Below are positions 8,268-17,383 of a stretch of 64,000 bases of DNA, one piece after another; position 1 is the first letter of the stretch, and the number at the start of each line of letters is the position of its first letter. The position numbers were made by a program, and so were the translations under genes. The notes below the pieces were generated by a model. It saw nothing but the letters and a program-made list of their open reading frames with translations. It had not been told where the DNA came from and searched no databases. The stretch comes from Dehalococcoidia bacterium (GTDB taxonomy: Bacteria > Chloroflexota > Dehalococcoidia > Lucifugimonadales > Australimonadaceae): contig OZ220673.1 of the NCBI GenBank assembly GCA_965116305.1, positions 1,379,362 to 1,443,361 on the forward strand, in the 5' to 3' direction.

Positions 8268-9434
8268 GTGCTCGGTTCGATACTCAAGACACACCACATC
8301 TCGCGCGCGAACCTCGCGCACCGGCTCGACGTCTCCATCCAGACCGTCCACAACTGGTGCAGCGGACGCGTTCGAGTGCCGAGCCATAAGCTCGGACGCC
8401 TCTGTGACCTGCTCGAAGAGCTGGGGGTGTCGCCGGACGAACTGGCGCAGATGGCTGTCCGCGAGCTGGAAACGCTCGGCGTGCAGCAGGAGCGGCTTGC
8501 CCTGCGCTCCAGGAGCGCACAGCCCCTCGTCGGGCTCGTGACGTGGAACCTGATGAGTTCCGGACTGTTCGGCCCTCTTGCGCGCGTGACCCGCATCGCG
8601 TTGGAAGGCATGGGCTACCAGTGCATGGCGCTCGACTGCGGCGGAGAGCACCGCCAGAGGCGGGCCTACCTGCAGTGGGCCGTTCAAACCGGCGTGGACG
8701 GACTCGTCCTCTGCGGCGTCCCCGGCGACGTGCCCGACCCGGACGACGACCTGTTTGCATCGCTCAAACCGGTGACCACGGCGGGCATACCTGTCGTTCT
8801 GCTCAAACCCTGGGCGGGCTCTTCCGTGGCCGTTCCGGAGGGCATAGGAAGCATCGGCTGGGACTACGTCGCCGCCGTCGAGATGGCGGCGGGCTTGCTG
8901 CAGGAGCTTGGGCATGAACAGGTGCACGCCGTCCTGGCAGCGACAGCCGCCGGCTTCGGCGCGCGCTACTGGGGGCTCGACCGCGCGTGGAGCAACCTTG
9001 GGCTCACCTTCGACGAGGACTCGATCATCTGGTCACAGGAAGGCGAGACCGCACATGAACTCGCCGATGCCCTTTCAAGCGCAAGGGCCGTCTTTACCCC
9101 CCCGTCGCAACTTCCCACCATTGCCCGCGCCTGCTTCGCGAGCGGTATCCGCTGGCCTGACGACTTCAGCGTCGTTTCGCTCGGCAACAGAGCGTTCGTG
9201 CCACAACTGGACCGGCGGCCGTTCACGTTCGTCAGCATCCCGGTGGGACGGGTGGGGCGCGGCGCGGCACAGCTCCTCTCCAGCATGATTCGCGGCGAGC
9301 GCTTCCAGACAGGACAGGAGTACGTCATCTACGGCGCGAGCACGATGTCGGTGGAGAATGCGGAGGGCGGATCAGTTGCTCCTCGGCGCCAAGGAGCAGG
9401 GTATCCCCGCATGGCCCGCGCAACCCTCGCGTAG
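8268..9434 (+). CDS. transcriptional regulator: XRE-type HTH fused to a periplasmic-binding-protein-like (LacI-type) ligand domain
   Basis: ORF track 388 aa, GTG start with GAGAGGAG 6 nt upstream. The N-terminus ISRANLAHRLDVSIQTVHNWCSG resembles a Cro/C1 HTH. The remainder resembles a LacI/PBP1 sugar-binding fold (VGLVTWNL...GIPVVLL...DFSVVSLGN). Confidence 0.65.
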   Translation: MLGSILKTHHISRANLAHRLDVSIQTVHNWCSGRVRVPSHKLGRLCDLLEELGVSPDELAQMAVRELETLGVQQERLALRSRSAQPLVGLVTWNLMSSGLFGPLARVTRIALEGMGYQCMALDCGGEHRQRRAYLQWAVQTGVDGLVLCGVPGDVPDPDDDLFASLKPVTTAGIPVVLLKPWAGSSVAVPEGIGSIGWDYVAAVEMAAGLLQELGHEQVHAVLAATAAGFGARYWGLDRAWSNLGLTFDEDSIIWSQEGETAHELADALSSARAVFTPPSQLPTIARACFASGIRWPDDFSVVSLGNRAFVPQLDRRPFTFVSIPVGRVGRGAAQLLSSMIRGERFQTGQEYVIYGASTMSVENAEGGSVAPRRQGAGYPRMARATLA

Positions 9435-9443
9435 CCCGGCTGC

Positions 9444-10730
9444 TCAGTCCCTCCGCAGCGTCTCGCGAAGCACGAGTCCGATGAGCAGTGAGGCGGCTAT
9501 GGCGAATCCTCCCATCGACGCGAACGCCACCGTGAAGCCGCCCGCTCCCGCGATGAGCGCCACTGAGAGCGTGAATATGCCGGGGTTGGTGGCCGAGCCA
9601 GCCTCCGCGATGAGACGGTTGACGCCGAAGAACTTGCCGCGCGCCGCTGCGGGCGCCACGTCCGAGCCCAGGGTCTGCATCGAACCTGCCATGAACGACA
9701 CCGCAAGGTTGATGGTGATGAATCCCAGGATGAAGAACGGCAGCCCCAGTTCGCCCCAGGCAACGCCGCCCATGATCCAGAGCCCCACAGCCAGGAGCGC
9801 GCTCGCAGGTACGATGGTGCGCTTCCGCCCGAACCGGTCCATCACCTGCCCGGCCATCAGTGTCACCGGGATGCCTATGATGCCCATCGCCGAGCTGATA
9901 CCACCCAGCGCAAGCGCATCGAGACCATAGGCGAAGGCTGCGTAGGCCACGTAGATGCCGCCCTGCCCCTGCACGCCGCCTCGTCCCACGTTCGCCATGA
10001 ACTGAGCCGCGAACAGCACCACCACCGCCCTCGTGATGAGCCGCGCCCAGGAGACGTCCACCTGCGCAGCCGCTGTATCGCCCCGGCGGCGCGCCAGCAC
10101 CGCGGGCGCAGTCTCGCGCACGAACATGTAGGACGGCACCGTCGCCAGGAACGCGAAGATACCGAACACCAGGAAAGGCATGCGCAGTCCGAACAGTTCA
10201 GCGATAGCCCCGCCGGCGAGCGGCCCCAGCAGCGTGCCGGCCCGGTTCACGCCCGCCATGCCGGTGATCATGCGTCCGCGCCGGTTCTGCGCGCTGGAGT
10301 CCGCGATGACGGTAAGCCTGGTCATCTGCCACATCTGCTGTGCGAGGCCGTTGATCCCTAGGTAGATGAGTATCTCGGTGAAACTCGAGGCCTGGAGCAC
10401 GAGCAGCGCCGACAGCGAAAGCAGAAGCGTGCTGGCGATGAGCAGCTTCCGACGCCCTATGCGGTCCATGAGGTAGCCGGTGGGCAGCGAGACGATGACG
10501 CCGCCGAGCATCGGTACGAAGAGCAAGAGTCCGGCTCCAGTGGCGCCTGCACCGAAATCGATCGCCATGAGCGGCAGGACCGGCACGATGAAGCCGCGCC
10601 CCATGCCCAGCAGGAACGCGGGCAGCAGCAGCGATACGAGCGCCTCGTTGCGCTCAGCCCAGCCCCGCATGCCCGCTGCGGGTTTCGCCTCGTCGGTGGA
10701 AGTCCGGGCTTCTTGCTCGTCGGGCGGCAT
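9444..10730 (-). CDS. MFS transporter
   Basis: ORF track 428 aa, about 12 TM segments, with the MFS loop motif GYLMDRIGRRKLL. Confidence 0.8.
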   Translation of the reverse strand: MPPDEQEARTSTDEAKPAAGMRGWAERNEALVSLLLPAFLLGMGRGFIVPVLPLMAIDFGAGATGAGLLLFVPMLGGVIVSLPTGYLMDRIGRRKLLIASTLLLSLSALLVLQASSFTEILIYLGINGLAQQMWQMTRLTVIADSSAQNRRGRMITGMAGVNRAGTLLGPLAGGAIAELFGLRMPFLVFGIFAFLATVPSYMFVRETAPAVLARRRGDTAAAQVDVSWARLITRAVVVLFAAQFMANVGRGGVQGQGGIYVAYAAFAYGLDALALGGISSAMGIIGIPVTLMAGQVMDRFGRKRTIVPASALLAVGLWIMGGVAWGELGLPFFILGFITINLAVSFMAGSMQTLGSDVAPAAARGKFFGVNRLIAEAGSATNPGIFTLSVALIAGAGGFTVAFASMGGFAIAASLLIGLVLRETLRRD

Positions 10731-10733
10731 CGC

Positions 10734-11594
10734 CTATCCGGTGGCGTCCGTCAGCCGTTCGAGCTGCTCCAGGTCCGGGGTGACGGGCCGGAAGATGATC
10801 TCGTCCGAGCCCAACTCTTCGTGCATGCTTATCGCGTTGCGGATGATCTCCGGCGACGTCGGCTGCAAACGCGCCTGGCGAGAGGGGTCCCCGCCGTAGT
10901 AGTCGGCCAGCGCACCGGCAACGGCGTCGTCACCGCCGGGGCCAAGCGCGCACGGCAGCGTTACGACGATGCGTGGCCTGCCCTCTCGACCATTCTCCGC
11001 CCACGACTCTTCTACCTGGGTGATGATGCCCTTGGACCACTCTGCCTCCAGCGCCCTGCCGCCCATCACGTAGCCGTTGGCGAACCGTCCCACGCGCGCG
11101 ATAGCCCTCGGATGAGTCCCGCCGATGAGTATCTCCGGGCCGCCGGGTTGCACCGGCGCGGGCCCCACGGGACGCTGCGCGCCCTCCAGCACCTCGCCGT
11201 TCCAGATGCGCTTCATGTGGATGAGCTGCTCCTCGAACAGCTTCCCCCGGTTGCGGAACTGCGACGGGGCAACGATGGCGTCGTCCTCGCGCCCGCCGAC
11301 CGCGAGCCCCAGCGAGAGCCGTCCGTCCGAGATCGCGTCTATCGTCGCGGCCTGCTTGGCGAGCACACCCGCGTTGCGCACGGGCGCAAGCAGGATGGTC
11401 GTCACGAGACGCAGGCGCTTGGTGATGGCCGCCACTGCCGCGAGCTCGGCCATCGCCTCGAAGTTGTCGTAGGCCAGCCGGTCGAGCGCCGCGAACGAGG
11501 AGTAGGGCCCCTCGTCGGCGCGCCGCGCCAGCTCCGATATATACGCCCAGCTGTCCGTCGGCATCTTGAACGGAAGTCCAACGCCAACCTTCAT
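10734..11594 (-). CDS. luciferase-like (LLM class, probably F420-dependent) oxidoreductase
   Basis: ORF track 286 aa. It contains ...LAPVRNAGVLAKQAATIDAISDGRLSLGLAVGGRE..., typical of the LLM/F420 family. It is a paralog of 47523..48410. Confidence 0.75.
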   Translation of the reverse strand: MKVGVGLPFKMPTDSWAYISELARRADEGPYSSFAALDRLAYDNFEAMAELAAVAAITKRLRLVTTILLAPVRNAGVLAKQAATIDAISDGRLSLGLAVGGREDDAIVAPSQFRNRGKLFEEQLIHMKRIWNGEVLEGAQRPVGPAPVQPGGPEILIGGTHPRAIARVGRFANGYVMGGRALEAEWSKGIITQVEESWAENGREGRPRIVVTLPCALGPGGDDAVAGALADYYGGDPSRQARLQPTSPEIIRNAISMHEELGSDEIIFRPVTPDLEQLERLTDATG

Positions 11595-11598
11595 ACGC

Positions 11599-12498
11599 TC
11601 ACCTGCCTTTGAATTCCGGCCTTCGCTTGTCGAGGAAGGCCCGTACTGCTTCCTTGTGGTCTTCCGAGCGGCGCGCCAGCTCCTGCGCGGTCTGCGCCAG
11701 GCGCAGGCTCTCGCCGAACCCCATGTCGAACGACCGCTGCACGAGGTACTTCGTCAGCGACATCGAGTACGTCGCGCCGGAGGCAAGACGCCCTGCGAAC
11801 TCCATCGCGGCGGAGAGCATCTCCTCGTGGGGATGCACCCTGCTCACGAGTCCCATCCGGTAGGCCTCGTCGGCGCTCAGCCGGTCGCCCGTGTACTGCA
11901 TGTAGTAGGTGTTGCTCAGGCCGATGAGGCGCGGCAGCTGCCAGCAGGAGCCGTCGCCGGGCACGAGCCCCATCCGCACGAACGCCTCCGCGAACTCCGC
12001 TTTCTCGGACGCGATTCGGATGTCGCATGAGAGCGCAAGTCCAAGCCCAACGCCGATCGCGTGGCCGTTCACCGCCGCGATGGTCGGCTTCTGCACCTCG
12101 CTTATCCGCAACGGCACGTTGGAGACGGAACCGAACCCCGCCTCCGCCTTCTCCGACGCGCGCTGGCCTAGCCGCGCCTCCATGTCGCCCCACGGCAGCG
12201 GCTGCCGCTCCGCCCGCGCACCCTCTTCCTGTTCGATACGCCCGATGGTTTCGTCGAACCGGCGGATGTTCGCGCCTGAGCAGAACGAGGGGTCGCGTCC
12301 GGTGAGCACCAGCACGCGGTCTGCGTCATCCGACTCGAATGCTTCGAGTTCGGCGTACAGCTCCGCGGCCATCTCCGTACCGAGCGCGTTCCGCGTCGGC
12401 GCGTGATCGAGCGTGATGAGCACGACGCCGTCGGCCCGCTGGACTTCGATGAATTCGCTCGTGACGTTACCTCCTCGCAACGTGGGGTCGCTCGGCAT
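11599..12498 (-). CDS. enoyl-CoA hydratase/isomerase (crotonase) family protein
   Basis: ORF track 11599..12588. Crotonase motifs VLVLTGRDPSFCSGANI and AAVNGHAIGVGLGLALSCDIRIAS are present. I prefer Met-31 (12498) as the start because the upstream 30 aa are Arg-rich. Confidence 0.8.
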   Translation of the reverse strand: MPSDPTLRGGNVTSEFIEVQRADGVVLITLDHAPTRNALGTEMAAELYAELEAFESDDADRVLVLTGRDPSFCSGANIRRFDETIGRIEQEEGARAERQPLPWGDMEARLGQRASEKAEAGFGSVSNVPLRISEVQKPTIAAVNGHAIGVGLGLALSCDIRIASEKAEFAEAFVRMGLVPGDGSCWQLPRLIGLSNTYYMQYTGDRLSADEAYRMGLVSRVHPHEEMLSAAMEFAGRLASGATYSMSLTKYLVQRSFDMGFGESLRLAQTAQELARRSEDHKEAVRAFLDKRRPEFKGR

Positions 12499-12611
12499 TC
12501 TATGGAGCGCCCTGCCTGCTGTCCAACGACCGCGCCGCACTTCCACGCCTCCACGATTGACGCGGCGCGGACGGCAAACTACGCTCACTCCAACCCGACC
12601 CGAGGTAGCAC

Positions 12612-13136
12612 ATGAGCGCAGGCGAGATATCGAACGCAGCGTACGACCGCATCGGCGGCGTCTTCCAGCGCGCCCTCACCGGCCTGACCATTGAGCAGCT
12701 CAAGGCTCAGCCTTCGGGCCCGGAGAGCAATCCCATCGGATGGTTGGCCTGGCACCTGAGCCGCACCCAGGACAAGAACTACTCCGAGCTGCTCGGCGAG
12801 GAACAGGCGTGGACAGCCGGCGGCTGGTGCGAGCACTTCGGGCAGCCTGCCGACAGGGGCACCGGCAACGGCGACTCGCTGGAGCAGGTGCGCGCGTTCG
12901 ACCCCGTCGATTCAGACACGCTGGTCGCCTACTTCGAGGCAGCTCGGGAGAAGTCCCGCAGGTTCCTCGACACGGTGACCGACGACGACCTGGAGAAGCC
13001 GAGCGCAGCGGGCGTCGTGCGGGACGAGACGATCAAGTTATCCATCGCCCGCGTCACCGGAGACCTCATCCAGCACACGGGCCAGATCGCCTACGTACGT
13101 GGACTCGTCGACAGGCACGGCTGGTACGGCGCATAG
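12612..13136 (+). CDS. DinB-family (four-helix-bundle) protein
   Basis: ORF track 174 aa. It contains ...NPIGWLAWHLSRTQD... and C-terminal ...DLIQHTGQIAYVRG..., matching the DinB/DUF664 His-triad layout. Confidence 0.6.
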   Translation: MSAGEISNAAYDRIGGVFQRALTGLTIEQLKAQPSGPESNPIGWLAWHLSRTQDKNYSELLGEEQAWTAGGWCEHFGQPADRGTGNGDSLEQVRAFDPVDSDTLVAYFEAAREKSRRFLDTVTDDDLEKPSAAGVVRDETIKLSIARVTGDLIQHTGQIAYVRGLVDRHGWYGA

Positions 13137-13167
13137 GACTACTGAAGCCAACAGAGAGGAAGAGAAC

Positions 13168-14445
13168 ATGCTGACGCAGGAGCAGAACGACCGCATCACA
13201 CGAGTAGGTCCCGGCACGCCGATGGGCGAGCTCATGCGCCGCTACTGGCACCCCATCGCCGCCGCCGCCGAGCTCGACGAACGCCCCACAAAGGCGGTGC
13301 GCGTCCTCGGCGAAGACCTCGTCCTCTACAAGGACAAGTCCGGCACTCTGGGCCTCATCGACCGCTTCTGCCCCCATCGCCGCGTCGACCTCTCCTACGG
13401 CATCCCCGAGGAGCACGGCCTCCGATGCATGTACCACGGCTGGATGATGGACGAGACCGGCCAGTGCATCGAGCAGCCGTTCGAGGAGACCGTTCACCCG
13501 GATGGACGCTTCAAGGAGAAGGTGAAGGTCGCGGGTTACCCCGTGCAGGAATTGGGCGGCCTGATCTTCGCGTACATGGGCCCGGCGCCGGTGCCGCTGC
13601 TCCCCAACTACGACATCCTCGCGCAATGTGAGGGCGTGCTCCGTGAGGCGTTCATCGCGGTTGTGCCGTGCAACTGGCTGCAGTGTATGGAGAACTCCGT
13701 CGACCCGGTGCACCTGGAGTGGCTGCACGGCGTCTACGGCGCACACCGCGCGAAGCTCGAGGGACGCCGCGACGCGGTCGCCGAGAGCCTCGCCATGTAC
13801 GACCGCCACAAGGAGATCGGGTTCGACGAGTTCGAGCGCGGCATCATCAAGCGCCGCGTCTACGGCAACACGACGAAGGAGTCGCCCAAGTGGAGCGTCG
13901 GCCATCCCCTGCTCTTCCCGAACATCCTGCAGCAGGGCGGCGGCGGACGCTACTTCTTCCAATACCGCACACCGATAGACGACACCCACACCTGGCACGT
14001 GGAGATAACGAGCTACTGGTTCCCGGACGACATCGAGGTCCCCGAGCAGGACACCGTCCCCTACACGAACATCGGGCTCAAGACGCCTGACGGCTACTGG
14101 CGCAGCGAGGACACCATGGCGCAGGACCACGCCGCGTGGATACTGCAGGGACCCATCATGGACCGCACGGCGGAGCGCCTCGGCGAGTCCGACCGCGGCC
14201 TCATCCTCTACCGCAAGATGCTGGACGAGCAGGCGGCCGTTGTCGAGGATGGTGCGGAGCCGCTCAACGTGATCCGCGACCCGGCGGAGAACGTGATGAT
14301 CCACGTGCCGCAGGAGGGCTGGGGCAAACTCGGCCGCACGTCGGACATCGACGAGGTGGCGCGCTACGGCAGCGCGCTCAAGCCGCTCATCGTCGACCTG
14401 CTGACGCAGACCTCCTTCGTGCAGCAGCACCACGCTACGGCGTAG
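13168..14445 (+). CDS. Rieske [2Fe-2S] non-heme-iron oxygenase, KshA/phthalate-type alpha subunit (paralog 1)
   Basis: ORF track 13099..14445 trimmed to MLTQEQNDRITRVGPGTPMGELMRRYWHPIA. Rieske motif is CPHRRVDL...CMYHGW. Fe motif is NWLQCMENSVDPVHLEWLH (D-x2-H-x4-H). Confidence 0.9.
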   Translation: MLTQEQNDRITRVGPGTPMGELMRRYWHPIAAAAELDERPTKAVRVLGEDLVLYKDKSGTLGLIDRFCPHRRVDLSYGIPEEHGLRCMYHGWMMDETGQCIEQPFEETVHPDGRFKEKVKVAGYPVQELGGLIFAYMGPAPVPLLPNYDILAQCEGVLREAFIAVVPCNWLQCMENSVDPVHLEWLHGVYGAHRAKLEGRRDAVAESLAMYDRHKEIGFDEFERGIIKRRVYGNTTKESPKWSVGHPLLFPNILQQGGGGRYFFQYRTPIDDTHTWHVEITSYWFPDDIEVPEQDTVPYTNIGLKTPDGYWRSEDTMAQDHAAWILQGPIMDRTAERLGESDRGLILYRKMLDEQAAVVEDGAEPLNVIRDPAENVMIHVPQEGWGKLGRTSDIDEVARYGSALKPLIVDLLTQTSFVQQHHATA

Positions 14446-14463
14446 AGACACGGACGGTACGCC

Positions 14464-15690
14464 ATGACGACCAACGCACCACTCAACTTCGGCATCATCG
14501 GCCTCGGCGCGGGCGCGATGAACATGATCCCCGAGCTGCGCGCCAACCCGAATGCACGCATCGTGGCAGTCGCCGATCCACGGAAGGCCGCCCGCGATCG
14601 CTTCGAGCGCGACTTCGGCGGGAACGCGTACGATGACGCGGAAGGCCTGTGCGCCGACCCCGGCGTCGACGTCGTCTACGTGATGACGCCGGACGAGATG
14701 CACGCCGCGCACACCATCATGGCGGCGGAGCAGGGCAAACAGGTCATCCTCGACAAGCCGATGGGGCTGACGCTCGCCGAGTGCGACGCCATCATCGAGG
14801 CGACGGAGCGCAATGGCACGCGTGTACTCGTCGGCCATTCGCAGAGCCTCGACCTGCCCAACCTGAAGATGGCGGAGATCGCCAACAGCGGCAGGCTCGG
14901 CAAAGTCGTGATGATGCACACCATGTTCTACAGCGACTGGATCTACCGCCCGCGCGCCAGGGAAGAGCTGATGCAGGACCGCGGCGGCAGCATCGTGCGC
15001 CGGCAGGGGCCCATCCAGGTGGACATCTCCCGCATGATCGGCGGCGGCAAGGTCCGCTCTGTCCGCGCCCGCACCAACATCGTCGACCCCGACCGCCCCA
15101 TCGACGGCTCGTTCATGGCATTCCTCGACTTCGAGGACGGGCACACGGCCACCATCACCTACGACGGCTACGGCCACTTCAACAGCGCGGAGTTGACGTT
15201 CGGCTACACGCTCCAGGGGCAGCAGATGGATCCGGCGCTCCACGTCAACTCGCGGCGGCGCATCGCGGCGTTCGCGGACGCCGACGCCGAGGAGACGTAC
15301 AAGGACTCGACGCGCTACGGCGGCTCGCTCGAACGCTCCATCGAGCACCCCGTCTCGCCCGACCGGCGGCACGCGTTCTTCGGCCTCACGCTCGTCTCGT
15401 GCGAGCACGGCGACATGCGGCAGACGCCCACCGGCCTCATCATCCACGGCGACGACGGCAACGAGGAAGTAGACCTCCCGGCGGGCCCGGGCTACAACCG
15501 CCGCTACTGCTCGATAGAGGTCGACGAGATGTGCCGCGCCGTCCGCACGGACACGCCCGTCCGCATCCACGACGCGTACTGGGGCAAGGCGACGCAGGAG
15601 GTCGTGCTCGGCATCATCCAGTCTTCGGACGAGCGCCGCGAGGTGTTCATGCAGCACCAGGTCCCATACACGGGACAGGGCGTCGAGTAG
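14464..15690 (+). CDS. Gfo/Idh/MocA-family NAD(P)-dependent oxidoreductase (paralog 1)
   Basis: ORF track 408 aa. N-terminal Rossmann segment FGIIGLGAGAMNMIPEL and ...EKP-type motif ILDKPMGL. It starts 19 nt after the Rieske gene. Confidence 0.85.
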   Translation: MTTNAPLNFGIIGLGAGAMNMIPELRANPNARIVAVADPRKAARDRFERDFGGNAYDDAEGLCADPGVDVVYVMTPDEMHAAHTIMAAEQGKQVILDKPMGLTLAECDAIIEATERNGTRVLVGHSQSLDLPNLKMAEIANSGRLGKVVMMHTMFYSDWIYRPRAREELMQDRGGSIVRRQGPIQVDISRMIGGGKVRSVRARTNIVDPDRPIDGSFMAFLDFEDGHTATITYDGYGHFNSAELTFGYTLQGQQMDPALHVNSRRRIAAFADADAEETYKDSTRYGGSLERSIEHPVSPDRRHAFFGLTLVSCEHGDMRQTPTGLIIHGDDGNEEVDLPAGPGYNRRYCSIEVDEMCRAVRTDTPVRIHDAYWGKATQEVVLGIIQSSDERREVFMQHQVPYTGQGVE

Positions 15691-15821
15691 CAGCGGCACT
15701 GCCCGCAAAGGCAGATCGTCCTTCACCCGTTCCCACAGCACGGACTACTGACGGCGCTGCGCCTGTGATAGGCTCACCGCGCCCCATCATCGAGGGCGTA
15801 TGCGCTGGCGCAGGGGGAGGA

Positions 15822-16910
15822 ATGAAAGCAGCCGTTCTGGTAGAAGCGAACGAACCGCTCAGGATAGAAGATGTCGAACTCGACCCGCCGAAGGCGAACG
15901 AGGTGCGCGTCAACATCGCAGCTGCGGGCGTCTGCCGCAGCGACCTCCACTTCATGCGCGGCGAGGCAGTCATCGCCAAGCCCGCCGTCCTCGGCCACGA
16001 GGGCTCCGCCATTGTCCAGGAGGTCGGCGAGGGCGTGACGCGGGTCGCTCCGGGCGACCACGTCATCCTCTCGTTCGTGCCGTTCTGCGGGCGCTGCCCG
16101 TCCTGCATCAGCGGGCGCGCCAACCTCTGCGACACCCACCTTGCAACCGGCCCGCAGATGTTCGACGGCACGCGCCGCCTGCACTGGAACGGCCAAGACC
16201 TCGCGCACATGGGCAAGGTTGCCTGTTTCGCAGAACAGGCCATCGTGCCGGAAGCCGGCTGCATGAAGATAGACCCGGACTTCCCGCTCCCGGTGGCCGC
16301 GCTCATCGGATGCAGCGTCACCACCGGCGTCGGCTCGGTGCTGTTCAGCGCCCAGGTCGAGCCCGGCAGCACCGTCGCGGTCATCGGCTGCGGCGGCGTG
16401 GGGCTGAACGTCGTGCAGGGGGCCCGGCTCGCGGGCGCCAAGCGCATCATCGCAGTGGACATCAACGACGCCGCGCTCGAGTTCGCCACGCGGTTCGGCG
16501 CGACCGACACCCTGAACCCGAACGACGGCGACGCCTTGAAGGCGATACGGGACATGACGGGCGGAGGCGTGGACTACGCCTTTGAGGCGTTCGGCTCATC
16601 CGAAACGGCCACGATGACGTTCGACGCCGCGCGCAAGGGCGGCACCGCCGTCATCGTGGGGCTCGCGCCGGTGGGCGACTACGCCAGCATCGATCCGGTC
16701 GCGCTCGTGCGGTACGAGAAGACGTTGAAGGGCGCGTACTACGGCTCTTCGCGGCCGGCCATCGACTTCTACCGTATGGTCGACTTCTACGAGAGCGGCA
16801 AGATAGACGTGGACAACCTCATCACCCGCACCTACAGCCTGGACGAGATCAACGAGGCGTACGAGGAGTTGGACCGGGGCGTCGTGGGCCGCGGGGTCAT
16901 CACGTTCTGA
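15822..16910 (+). CDS. zinc-dependent alcohol dehydrogenase (MDR family)
   Basis: Lies inside the spurious 753-aa ORF 14649..16910. Start MKAAVLVEANEPL has GGGGGAGG upstream. Motifs are GVCRSDLH, GHEGSAIV, CGRCPSCISGRANLC and GCGGVGLN. Confidence 0.9.
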   Translation: MKAAVLVEANEPLRIEDVELDPPKANEVRVNIAAAGVCRSDLHFMRGEAVIAKPAVLGHEGSAIVQEVGEGVTRVAPGDHVILSFVPFCGRCPSCISGRANLCDTHLATGPQMFDGTRRLHWNGQDLAHMGKVACFAEQAIVPEAGCMKIDPDFPLPVAALIGCSVTTGVGSVLFSAQVEPGSTVAVIGCGGVGLNVVQGARLAGAKRIIAVDINDAALEFATRFGATDTLNPNDGDALKAIRDMTGGGVDYAFEAFGSSETATMTFDAARKGGTAVIVGLAPVGDYASIDPVALVRYEKTLKGAYYGSSRPAIDFYRMVDFYESGKIDVDNLITRTYSLDEINEAYEELDRGVVGRGVITF

Positions 16911-17383
16911 TGCGACAGGTAACGCTCACGGTCAACGGACGGCGGCGCACGGCGGAGGTCGAGGACCGCGACCTGCTCGTGGACATGCTGCGCGAGAAGC
17001 TGCGCCTCACCGGGACGCACATCGGCTGCGATACGAGCCAGTGCGGCGCGTGCACCGTGCTCTTGAACGGCGCGGCGGTGAAGTCGTGCTCGCTGTTCGC
17101 CGCGCAGGCGGATGGTGCGAAGGTCATGACGATCGAAGGGCTCGCGAAGGGCGATGCGCTCCACCCGATCCAGCAGGCGTTCCACGAGGAGCACGGTCTG
17201 CAGTGCGGCTTCTGTACGCCCGGGATGGTGATGCTGCTGCACGAGTTCCTGCGCCGCAACCCTGATCCGACGGAGCACGAGGTTCGCGCTGCCCTGAGCG
17301 GCAACATGTGCCGCTGCACCGGCTACCAGAACATCGTCGCGTCCGCGCTCCATGCCGCGCGTACGATGCGAGGCGAGGAATGA
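16910..17383 (+). CDS. (2Fe-2S)-binding small subunit of the xanthine dehydrogenase / CO dehydrogenase family (CoxS/CutS-like)
   Basis: ORF track 157 aa with GCDTSQCGACTV and CGFCTPG...CRCTGY cluster motifs. The start overlaps the ADH stop (TGATG). Confidence 0.9.
   Translation: MRQVTLTVNGRRRTAEVEDRDLLVDMLREKLRLTGTHIGCDTSQCGACTVLLNGAAVKSCSLFAAQADGAKVMTIEGLAKGDALHPIQQAFHEEHGLQCGFCTPGMVMLLHEFLRRNPDPTEHEVRAALSGNMCRCTGYQNIVASALHAARTMRGEE

Noticed and set aside
13066-15741. 891-aa minus-strand ORF, and similar giants (14649..16910 +, 56630..58678 -, 1566..2966 -, 19105..20415 -)
   Set aside because: These are antisense or out-of-frame shadows typical of high-GC DNA. They have Arg/Ala/Val/Asp/His-rich low-complexity translations, and they overlap genes with clear family motifs and RBSs on the other strand or frame.
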